This document shows, in pieces, positions 52,813-64,000 of a DNA stretch of 64,000 nt. Source of the stretch: Octopus sinensis. Lineage: Eukaryota. Within the stretch, counting starts at the first letter, position 1. The number at the start of each line of letters is the position of its first letter. The notes under the pieces were generated by a model, which saw only the letters and a list, made by a program, of their open reading frames with translations, was not told the origin of the DNA and ran no database searches. Location: the NCBI RefSeq assembly GCF_006345805.1, contig NC_043001.1:114080001-114144000 (forward strand). The letters run 5' to 3'. The position numbers and the translations under genes were made by a program.

Positions 52813-54818
52813 AATATATATATATATATTCATACATTCATACATACATGCATACATACATACATACATATACATATATATATATATATATACACGAGTG
52901 CACACACACACATATATATACACACACATACACACACATATATTTGTGTGTGTGAGTGCGTGTGTGTGTTTACATGAGTGTATGTTAATTTCTTTGAAAT
53001 TTCTAGCTAGTTTGCACGCCTGTGTGATTCACATCCGTTACCAAATGCATTTGTATCATATTCTTTGCATTCTAGTCGGATCATATGCTATACTACGAAT
53101 ACCAAATGCAATTATAATTCTTTTACAAAGTATAAAGGCATTTTTGTAGAAAGGGTATTTACTTACTTCAATAGCTATACTTTTTTCTCAACATATTTTC
53201 TTTGTTATTTCGAAATATGCAGATTTCAAAAAAATTATCCTACATGCAGCATGTGCTTTAGTTTAGTAAAACAAATTATTTTGTAGAAGCTCCGAGACAC
53301 TCTATTCAAAATAGTTGTCTGCATTGTAAATTCACATACACACTCCTCCTGAAAAAGACACCCCGCAAAATTGAACGATAAAGGATATTTGAGAAGATTT
53401 TACTCCGAGTCGCATATTTCCTATCTCATGTCGGCAATATTGATTAGTGAATTAGAAAAAGTGTAGCTTTTTAATATGAGAGAATAACTCAAGGTCTTTA
53501 AACACCTTTCTCTCTCCACAGTTCGACTTTCACTCACAGCCTTATTCATCCACCCAGTTAATACTCCCATCAACCTACTCTTCTGTTCAAAACCCTCACG
53601 TTAATCACATTCACTACATTTCGCCTTCTTCATTTCCGTTTCACCGATTATTTCTCTCATTCCCCTTTGAGGCACTGAAGCATTTATCCCACGCATTCAT
53701 ACCTTCATTTACACATTTTCATACATTACTTTATTGATCATTTGTGTCAATTTGACTTATAAATATAAATATTTGCTCATTAACAAAATATGTAATTAAT
53801 TCACAACTCTGAATTACCAACAACTTCCTTGTATCGTTTCCAATAATCTTTTAGCTGCTGAAGGCGGCAGTCGAAGAAGAACATCTTATAGCCATGTGGA
53901 TATACCCACATACACCTACACATGCCTTCTTTTGGGGTCCATTTTGCGCAAACTCTCCTCTAAAAGTTAGTTTTTTTTCTCTACTATCTCTTCCGTGGCT
54001 ATTTTCTGTTACTCCAGTACTCACTGGACTCGACCTTCCAGCATGTGTTATCAATTTTCTATGCTCGTAGAATATTTTAAAATCTCAAATGATATTCGTC
54101 CTCTTACTGTTTTCGACGATTCATTTCGTTTTCCACAGACGCACGCCTGTTCAGAGAAATACACACTTGTAATAACTCTTCTGTTATTCTGACTTAACAA
54201 TGCATTTTCAAACCGCACAATCCCAAACGATTCCGTTTAATTTCAATCTCACACAGCATCTGACACCTGCTTTCTCATTACACGCATTACATTTAAACTC
54301 ATTCATGCAGCGATATCACACCACATTTAGAAAAAGAAAAAAATTACAAGGATTTATTATTGTGAATTATAAAAAGGGGATATCATAAAGGAGAATAGAT
54401 AGTTACAGAATAATATGATAGACTTAAAATAAACTACATCTTAAGCCTAGTTTATTAGGTAAACGTGAATTGATAGGTTAGACAATATGATATGTATACC
54501 TAAAGGCTATAAGGATACTTATGAAGAAAAAAGTAAGAAAGAAATACCAGCATGACTATCTTAACATTTTATACATAATTTTGATAGTTCCTATCAATCA
54601 AACTATGTATCAATATACCTGACACTACTGTGAAGTTGAGCATTTACGGTGTGAGAATAATTATCCCTGCATTTATCTATATCTCTATCTATCTATTATC
54701 TTTCTGTCTCTGTATCAGTCCCGATTTCTTTCTCTCTCTCTCTCTCTCTCTCTGTCTGTCTGTCTATCTTTCTCTCTCTTTCCACATACATGTATTCGGA
54801 TACGAGCAAGCAAGTACG

Positions 54819-54864
<46 letters not shown>

Positions 54865-55279
54865 CATGCGTACATAACCATTTGTAGCAATATATGTATT
54901 AATATGATGTGTGCGTGTCTGTTGGTTGTAGAAAGAATTTTGGGGTAGTTTCAGATTTACGTCAAATGTTTAGTTTTATCCAGAAGGGAAACCGTTTATT
55001 TGATCGAAAGTCAAGATAGCGAGATGGCCGTTGAGATATAATTTGCAAATATAACTATACTATTTCGGGTTCAGAGGCAATATACATTACCCATCAAAAT
55101 CTCTCAAGGAAGTATCCAAGACCCAACAATTCTTGATGAAATTAGCTACGTGAAATTCTACCTAAATGCGCACCCACGTGTGTGAGAGTTTGCGCCTGAG
55201 TATAGCATCCATATATATACGTACATAGACGCACACTCACACTCACACACACATACAGATATATATACTTATGTATATA

Positions 55280-55460
55280 TATTCCTTTTTTATTTTATTG
55301 TCGTACTTGTTTCATTCATTTGGCTATGATCATGCTGGAGCACCGCCTTTAGTCGAACAAATCGACCCCAAGACTTACTCTGTCGGTCTTTTTGCCGAAA
55401 CACTAAGTTACGGGAACGTAAACACATTAACATCGGTTTTTAAGCGATGGTAGGGGACAG
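55280..55460 (-). mobile_element. SINE family A 3' half
   Basis: CATGCTGGAGCACCGCCTTTAGTCGAACAAATCGACCCC. Confidence 0.85.
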
Positions 55461-55464
55461 TGCC

Positions 55465-56160
55465 TATGAAGGCACTGTGAATAAAGGTAGAGTGACCCGA
55501 GAATATTCCACCAGACTTAAGAAAATATAGCATTCAGAACTCTCCTCTTACAACAAAAGAATATCTCACAATGCATTTTCAGTAGCAGTGCTGATCCTAA
55601 CATTTTGAATTCTTCATTGGTTTATAGAGGAAATCCACTCCATTGACATCTAAACCCGCAAAATCCTGACAACAACTGGGAACCTCCACAGAAGCACTAA
55701 TGATGAAAGGCTCTACCTAAGAAGAAATGAAGTTGGTAGAGGCCTGAGATCAGTGCAGACGGCCTTCGAATACCGTATGGCATCACCCAGGCAGCATCTG
55801 CTAAACAGTAGGTCAAAAAATAAATATATAAATGCAGTGCTGAAAAGTGAAGTGAGCAACATTGTAGGAGTTGGCAGTGAACTCCTCAAGAAGCACTCTC
55901 TTCCTGATGATCTTTACTGATTCAAAATAACTGGGCACTCTTCTTCAGAGAAGACCTGGATGGAAGTGTATGTTGCCCGGGAGCTTCAAGAGAGTACAAT
56001 TGATACGAAGCGCAGCCTCTCTTGGACACAAGACCACTACATCACATCACACTTTGAAGGCTATACGTTTGCAATCCAAGAACAGGAGATTGCCACAAAG
56101 TACCTGGTGAACAAGATAGACAGTGCAACTACATGTGGAAGACATTACGCATGTGTTTAG
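55465..56160 (+). mobile_element. R4/Dong-like LINE internal fragment (post-RT)
   Basis: ELSSYNKRISHNAFSVAVL, IDI.TRKILT, ERLYLRRNEVGRGL, FEGYTFAIQEQEIATK match R4-clade motifs NK..A.N..AVP / D.KTRK / RLY+.R..GGRGL / AIQEQ.I.T. Confidence 0.75.
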
Positions 56161-56799
56161 AAGCTATTGAGAAATGTCGTCACGCGCTATGCGGCACGAT
56201 TTTGTTGCTAAATAAATTTACAATACCATCCGCAAAAATGACTGTCCTGAAATATAATTAGAAAATCCTTCTGTTATGGAATAAATTCAAAAACACCAAA
56301 TCAAGAATACTGGGGGAATATTCCCATCAAAACTTCTGAAAAATGTATCGCCTGCTCCTTCGTTCGCAAATAACATGTGTAAATATGAAACTCGGATATA
56401 GAAAGACGTAAATCAGTCACTTTTTCAGTACCTATGTCGACAGCATCTTGTATGTTTTTACTTTTATTTGTGCAGTCTTTGAACACAACCTTTAAGGATT
56501 GTGTTTTTTGTTTGCTTTTTAATTCTTCGACTTAATTACTCATATCTGTTTTAATTCTCGTCGGTACGTTTTACCGATCAGCGAAGTCGTTAAGTTACAA
56601 TACGAGAAACAAACCAATACATACAAAAACACAGACACATCCGTACTGTAGATGGTGGTGTTTATTTTATATTTGAAAACATATGTCCATAATGTCTGTT
56701 ATCTATTTCGTAAGGGTACCCACAAACGCACGCACACATACATTCATACAAGCATTCATGTATACCTACATACATGCATACATACATATATACATCCCT

Positions 56800-56849
<50 letters not shown>

Positions 56850-58999
56850 ATATATATATATACTTACGTATGTACAAAGACACATACACAAACACACACA
56901 CATATATATGAACATGCGTATATGCATGTGTGTATGTGTGTGTTAGTGTGTGTCTGTGTGTATGTGTGTGTCTATGTGTGTGTATGAATGCATATATATA
57001 TATATATAGGTCATTGCTTTTTACTTAATGGGGTAGTCACCTAATCCCTGCTGCCATAACATATCAAATATCTTAATTTGAACACGAAATAAAACCTGAT
57101 CAATTCTTATAAGACCGTCTCAACGAATTCTCTCTACCGCTGTTAGTATGATATTATATGGTTTCTGGATGACCTTTAACAGCGTGTGAGTGAGAGAAAA
57201 GCAAATGGATGGAGGGAGAGAGAAAATGTAGAGGAGCTGTAATCGCTGTGGCTGAAATCCTTGCTATCAGATGCGTGTTTTGAAGAGGGAGGGAACGAAT
57301 TATCGATTTTATTGTAGTTATGACCAGTCGGGAATGTGTAAGATATGAAAAGCTTTAGCAACCGGACGGATTTGCTTATTTATAATTACTGTCAGAACTG
57401 TAATTAAATTATCAATAACAACAAGTCTAGGTAAAATAATTAGCGATATGTTTGATAAAGATAATAAACGAACATTGGAGCGTTAAAAAATTTGTCATAA
57501 TTATGATAACGCGAATACGCCAAGTACTTGAATAAAAATAATAGATTGCCAAACGTCGAAACCATTAATTTCAGGAAACATTTCCCCAAAGCCTAAACAT
57601 TCTATTGCAGTAGCAATTAAATAACCTCTGTTGGAAATAGCATCGGCAAATAACACGATAATTAATGTATATGTGTCGAAGTCCAAAGAGGAAGAAATGA
57701 ACATGATGCAATGAAGAATCCAAACCCGATCTTCCAGAACTTTCGCCCAAACAGTTCTCAGATGCCTACTAAAGTCTTAAAAAACAAGAGAATGTATAAG
57801 CATTCCCCTCGATGTACTGTGTTAAGGACATGTAATCATCAATGACTGGTATGATTAAGTCATTAATGGAATGAAACAATAGCAATAAAATATAAACTAT
57901 TCGTTATCGGTTTTGAAATTGTATTTATTTTTGTCATATCTGAAAAGCAGAGGACACTCTTTATTGCGCAGATATTGTTCTACTTGCTCAGTCGGTTAAA
58001 CAACAGTGTTTGTTGCACTCATGAATTGTTCCAATTATATCATATCATCAATATTAACACACTATAATACGCTATGCTTTATGATTTGAAACTTTCACAA
58101 GTGGAAGTTTCTTCCACTTGTGAATGATTATTAATTATAAACCTAACCAGCTTACCCATTATTTCCACTGTACATGCTAACTTTGATGCTTTAATAACTG
58201 AAAATATAGTAACGATTGGCTCGTACGGAAAAGAGACAATTGTTGTTTCTCTGTTTATAATTCTTGTGCTTTGCAGCTCCAAATAATTGCCATTGTTATT
58301 CTAGGTTTTTTTATGCTGAGCCTGAGGAGCTGTGAGTTGACAAAATATTAACGTTGTGAGTGTTATCATTACTTTCCTAATAACCACACGCACAACTACT
58401 AGGAGCATCAACATTAAACTAATATTATTTGTCTTATTTTATTCCACTGTTTTCCATACATGCCAAGTGCAGCTTAGTGGGTCTTGAATACGTGCCGTGG
58501 TTTGTTTCAGCTTGTGATTTTGATTGCTTTCAAAGCATTCTACGAAAGATGAGCGCGCAATTGCAATGCTACTTCCTGTATGTTGTATGCTATTTCCTGT
58601 ATGTGTGCGAGCCAAGATGTTTTGGCTATGCACTTATCCAAATACATAATAATTTCAAAGGTACCTATCATTAAAAGGAATGTTTTTGTTTTTAATCCTT
58701 ACTGTTTGGAAAAATATACTTCTCACCAATTAGGTGGTATCTTCATTTCATTTTATATGCATAATTGTGTATTTTAGGGCTTGCTCATCATTCAGGAAAC
58801 GGTTACTTTTCATATGATTCCATACGACAAAATTCCGTTGATTTGATCATTCCACTTCGCAATATAAAATTGTATGATATAGAGTATGTTATGTGTGTGC
58901 GTATGCAAATATCTATGAGTGTGCATGTGTGTTTGTGTGTCTATGTAAGTAGATATATATTCGTATACTTTATATATATATATGTATATATATGTATGT

Positions 59000-59396
59000 A
59001 CTCTTTTATTTGTTTCAGTCGTTTGACTGCGGCCATGCTGGAGTACCGCCTTTAGTCGAGCAAATCGACCCCAGGACATATTCTTTGTAAGCCTGGTACT
59101 TATTCTATCGGTCTCTTTTGCCGAACCGCTAACTTACGGGGACATAAACACACCAGCATCTGCTGTCAAGCGACGTTGGGGGACAAATACTGATACACAA
59201 ATACACACATGTACACGCATATATATACACATACATATACATATATATGAGGGTCTTCTTTTAGTTCCCGTCTTCCAAATCTACTCACAAGGCGTTCGTC
59301 GGCCCGAGGCTATAGTAGAAGACACTTGCCCAAAGTGCCATGCAGTGGGACTGAACCCGGAACCATGTGGTTTGTGATCAAGCTACTTAACACACA
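59000..59396 (-). mobile_element. tRNA-derived SINE family A
   Basis: Reverse complement of the family A consensus. Confidence 0.9.
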
Positions 59397-59399
59397 CCC

Positions 59400-59437
<38 letters not shown>

Positions 59438-60382
59438 GTGTGTGTGTGTATGTATATGTATGTATACATATGTGTATGTGTATGTATGTATGTGTGTATT
59501 TTCCAGTTTCAATATATATATATATATTGAAACAGAAAAATAAATGTATATCAAATACCAATTAAATACCATGTCAAAAAGTTTCCGTGATTTATTAAAA
59601 CAGAACAACTAAAACAATTGCCTGGTGGCAGTTAGATGTACTTCCAAATGAGGATAGATAATCTGAATAATCAGCAATTCTCCGGAAGTTCGATACGATT
59701 AATAAAATTACATCCTGATTGCCTAGAGATAAAATGGACAACTTTTTATATCTATTTCTTCATGAATATGTCTTAAGAATTGAAATTGTCCTTCCTCAAC
59801 TCCAGGAAACAAACGACATATATATATTCTTACATATTCTTTTGGCCGAGGGCATCACACTCAGTTGATTATTTTTTTCCTGCACTTCAAAAAGTGGTGC
59901 TTTTGTATGGCCGTTTGCTAATTCCTATCGGTCACACTTTAAGCCCTGGGTCAGAAGTCTTTTTCGGTCTTGTGATAAAAGACAATTTAAATAAATAAGG
60001 AGAATATATCCACATACTTTTTATCATTACAGTCATTTATGCCGCATATTTGATTTAAATTTCTGCGAGACATATGTTTCTGCAGCATGGATGTCGCGCA
60101 ATGTGGTTTATATTTGCATCCAGTATGTTCCTCTGTTTAAGAGTCATACATCTTCTCTATCTGTAAACTCGAATAGAAAAGCATGCATGCGCGCATACTC
60201 AAGTACACACACAATGACAGGCGCGTTTGTGTACATATTCGCCGTTACGCGCATGTGCACATATACATATTTGTAGTCTCATATACGCATAATTCTTAAT
60301 TGATAGAATTGTTTTAAAGATTGTAGCCTCGCATTGCAATCAATGTAGTTTGAACTTCTGTCTCCAAGCGCGGTAATTTGGG

Positions 60383-60625
60383 CATTCATCATCATTCATC
60401 ATTGTTCGACCGTGGTCGAGACAATGGAATTTACCATGCTACGCCAGACTTCACGGTCCATCATGGCATTACGGAGGTCCTGTTGCTGGATGCCTGTATC
60501 CCTGGAGATTACATCTGGGTAGGAGAGTGTGCGCCCTCTGGTATTGCGAGTAGATGGCTTCCAAGTCTCTTATATTATAGCCGCGGGCTGAGCGATGTCT
60601 TGGGAGGACGCTGGTCTACAAGTAT
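60383..60625 (-). mobile_element. RTE-clade LINE 3' end with GAT-type tail
   Basis: Minus WKPSTRNTRGRTLSYPDVISRDTG..DLRNAMMDREVWRSMVNSIVSTTVEQ* then GATGAATGATGATG. Confidence 0.8.
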
Positions 60626-60699
60626 GTATGCGTGAGTTTGCGCGTGGGTTTGTGTGCATGTGTGTTTTTGTCGGGGTGTGACTGTCTGTATTTCTTTTT

Positions 60700-60895
60700 T
60701 AACGCCTTCGCCTTTTGGCAACTAGTGTAGGCTTGCTTACGTCCCCGCAACTTGGCATTTCGGTAAATGAGAATAAAAAAAATGCAACTGGTTTAAAATT
60801 ATTATAAACGTTAATTTGTTGCACCAAAACCCATCAAGGCGATACACCAGCATGGACGTAGTCTCATGAATGAAAGAAGTAAAATGAAAAAGATA
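60700..60895 (+). mobile_element. decayed SINE family A 3' half
   Basis: TTACGTCCCCGCAACTTGGC...AAGGCGATACACCAGCATGGACGTAGTC. Confidence 0.55.
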
Positions 60896-60947
60896 CTCCT
60901 GTATTAAGTTCTATTTTTCCTGTTTCTCCTAACGAACATGTATTTAT

Positions 60948-61101
60948 GTGCCTGTATGGTAAGTAGCTTGTTTACCAACCACATGGTTCCGGGTTCAGTC
61001 CCACTGCGTGGAACCTTGGGCAAGTGTCTTCTACTATAGCCTCGGGCCGACCAAAGCCTTGTGAGTGGATTTGGTAGATGGAAACTGAAAGAAGCCCGTC
61101 G

Positions 61102-61166
<65 letters not shown>

Positions 61167-61380
61167 TTTTATGCCTGTGTTTGTCCCCTAGCATTGCTTG
61201 ACAACCGATGCTGGTGTGTTTATGTCCCCGTCACTTAGCGGTTCGGCAAAAGAGACCGATAGAATAAGTACTGGGGTTACAAAGAATAAGTCCCGGGGTC
61301 GATTTGCTCGACTAAAGGCGGTGCACCAGCATGGCCGCAGTCAAATGACTGAAACAAGTAAAAGAGTAAAGAGTAAAGAG
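60948..61380 (+). mobile_element. tRNA-derived SINE family A
   Basis: Near-identical to 1800-2200; tail (GTAAAGA)n-like. Confidence 0.9.
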
Positions 61381-61959
61381 TATATGTATACGCACACACA
61401 CATATATATGTATATATAACTTCTGTGAGTGTGTGTGTGTATAAAAGATTATAACGGCCGTACTTTTCAACTGATTTTCTCCAAACTGGGAACATATATT
61501 ACTTAAATTCAGGGATGGTTTTCGACTCTTAATGATTACTGGGCCCCTACGGGCTGAAAAGCCTCGTTCCAGGGTTACGTGGACAAGGTGGGTAACTCTT
61601 TGCGAAGTAACTTCCAGAAATTGAATGTCTCCCTTACATCATTTCGTCACAAAAGAAAATCAGAATTATCCTTTTTTGTATTAGATTCACGTCTTTGAAA
61701 GCTTTAAAAATATTTACTATTGTTTTCTAGCGTCAGTGACCTCTATATCTATCTTTATCTCTCTATCCATCTCTGTCTATTTCTATCTCTCTATGTCTCT
61801 GTATCCCTCTCAATCTTTATATCTATCCCTCCGTATCTATCTATCTATATCTTAAGTGTCAAAATAGCTAGCTCTCTCTTTTTCCCACACTCTCTATATC
61901 TTACTCACTCTCTATTGTTTTCACTGTAAGTTTTCAATCGCTATTTACAAACAACAACG

Positions 61960-63340
61960 ACAAATTACTGACAAAGAATTTCGTAATTACTGATGGAAGT
62001 AATTTCATACATAATTTACTGACGGAAGTAACTTCATAAATTTCACTTCATTCCGTACACTTCGTTAAATTTGCCTACAAAATTCTTATCTATTTTTGCA
62101 ACAATTTGTGTATTTTTCATATTTTTGCTGTTGACAGAATTACTGATAAAAGTAAGTTCATAATTTACTGACAAAAATTTCATTTAAACCAGTACACTTC
62201 GTTAATTTCCCCCCAAAATTTCTTATTTACTTTTGCAACGGTTTTGTGTTTTTCTGTTTTTAACGGCCTTTACCTCGTTCCTTCCATACTGGCTCTTTGG
62301 TTCACTAAGTCACGAATTTCGCTTCAACCCATACAATTCTTTATTTTCCGTAAACATTTCTTATTTACTTTCTGCCCGTCGTATTAAGAAATATAATTTC
62401 AGTTACCCAGTTATTTTAATTCTTTTCTATTTTCTGCACCCTGTATTTCTGTATACGTATTGGAAGGAAAGTGTCAAATCTGTCTATAATGTCAAAGTCA
62501 GCCAAAAGAATGTCTCTGACTAGGGAGAGAGAGAGACAGCTACAGAAAGGGAAGCATAGCAAGAAACGAACAGACTGTGCACTACAAAAGCCAGGGTATA
62601 TCAAAGTGATGACCAGTATGCACGACTGACAAGGAATAAGATCTCCACTGTAGAATGAAGAGCCGTTGCAACAGCTCAGAGAAGCAATTTCTATGAAGTA
62701 GCTTTGAATTATGATCCAGCAGTTCCTTATGCAGATGACATTAGAGTTTCTATTGGTGCAATGACAACTAAGTGTACACACTGTAAAGCAAGGAAGTGGC
62801 CTGGAGAGACACCTGCACTGTGCTGCAGTGGTGGAAAGGTTAAACTCCTTGCAATCCCCCAACCTCCAGAGCCATTGAAGAAACTGTTTCCAAGCACTTC
62901 CTTAACAAAATTAGACAATAAAACGCTGCACTACTGATGACATCATTTGGAGTTACAAGAGATTTAACTGAGCCAGGAATCATGCAAACTTTCAAGATCT
63001 AATGTCAGATTTATCGTCGGATTGGTTATCTACTACTAGAGTCAAATGAATCACCAAAATTAGCCTTTCAGTGTATATAATATGTAACTGTTTTCTTTTT
63101 TCGTTACGAAATAAGCTACACAAAACGTGTTTTTGAATTATGTGTATTTACTTTATATACATATACGAGTTGAAACCTTTCTTTAAACATTTCAATTAAC
63201 GTCTATGTTCCATGCTCGCCTCTGGGTTGTAGAATTATTAAAAGTTGGTATCTCAGCTACTAGCAGTTGAGACCTTCGTAATCTAGGGAGTATTTTGAAA
63301 TTTCCTTATTCTTTTTAACTGGGCAACGCCGGGTATTTAT
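61960..63340 (+). mobile_element. internally deleted Helitron (tandem subterminal repeats, Rep N-terminus, 3' hairpin)
   Basis: 62500-63065: NYDP..Y..IGAMTTKCTHCKARKWPGETPALCCSGGKVKL..PQPPEPLKKL, MTSFG, TFKI.CQIY.RIG; 3' hairpin relic CTGGGCAACGCCGGG at 63319-63333; 5' boundary uncertain. Confidence 0.8.
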
Positions 63341-63412
63341 ATTATATATTATATTATATATTATATTATATATATTATATTATATTATATTATATATATA
63401 TATATATAATAT

Positions 63413-63474
<62 letters not shown>

Positions 63475-64000
63475 TATATATATACCAAATCACACACGCA
63501 CACTGCTTCGCCCACACATAAACACGTGTTTGTGTACATGCAAACATATACGTACACTATTTTAAATCAACATAAAGGAAATGCTACGCTAAAACGATAA
63601 GCGTTTCCTTACTTGTCCGCTCGGATGGGTGAAGCATTTGCGCATGGAGGAACATATATGTTTGTTTGCCGTTCCTTTCAACAATACACCATTTGATATA
63701 ATATGAGATAAAACGGGTGGGAATATTCCCCATATTTACCCATAAAACAATGCTATTCTCTAAATTTTTCCAAGGAAACAGGGTATGAATTACGTTCCGG
63801 TATGGAATTATAAGAACTTAGCAAATCATTGATGAAATGGTAGTGTTTTATTGAGAAATAATTGAAAATAATAATGGCGGATATTTCTCTAAGACAATTG
63901 TGGCGTATAAGTCTTTTGTACATCGATCTTTGAAGGGAGGCAATAAAATAGATGTTATATTTTCTTTTAAATGCACAAAAAGAGATGTTGTGTACATGAG

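Noticed and set aside
57480-58700. Possible further DNA-transposon coding relics
   Set aside because: No diagnostic catalytic motif could be read in any frame.

Overview
AT-rich, microsatellite-saturated eukaryotic DNA whose SINE families and repeat landscape look like an Octopus (coleoid cephalopod) genome; the species assignment is inferred from pattern recognition, not a database search. I found no host protein-coding exon I can support: nearly all listed ORFs are (TA)n/(CA)n/(TATC)n/trinucleotide artefacts or decayed transposon coding. The window is a transposon graveyard: several tRNA-derived SINE families, RTE, CR1-group and R4/Dong-like LINE fragments, three Helitrons, a mariner, a Tc1 relic, a Penelope-like RT relic and several fold-back elements. 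The main hidden signal is a set of minimal type-I hammerhead ribozyme (HHR) motifs. They occur in at least five unrelated repeat families, and most have a palindromic stem III, the architecture that implies cleavage as a dimer. One family is a tRNA-headed SINE carrying an HHR (3 copies plus an orphan tail that starts at the predicted cleavage site). Another is a ~354-bp retrozyme/Penelope-pLTR-like unit whose two copies show palindrome-preserving variation (ACTCGAGT vs ACTGCAGT). An RTE LINE with a twin-priming-type 5' inversion is also present. All structures were paired by eye; none is experimentally or computationally confirmed.
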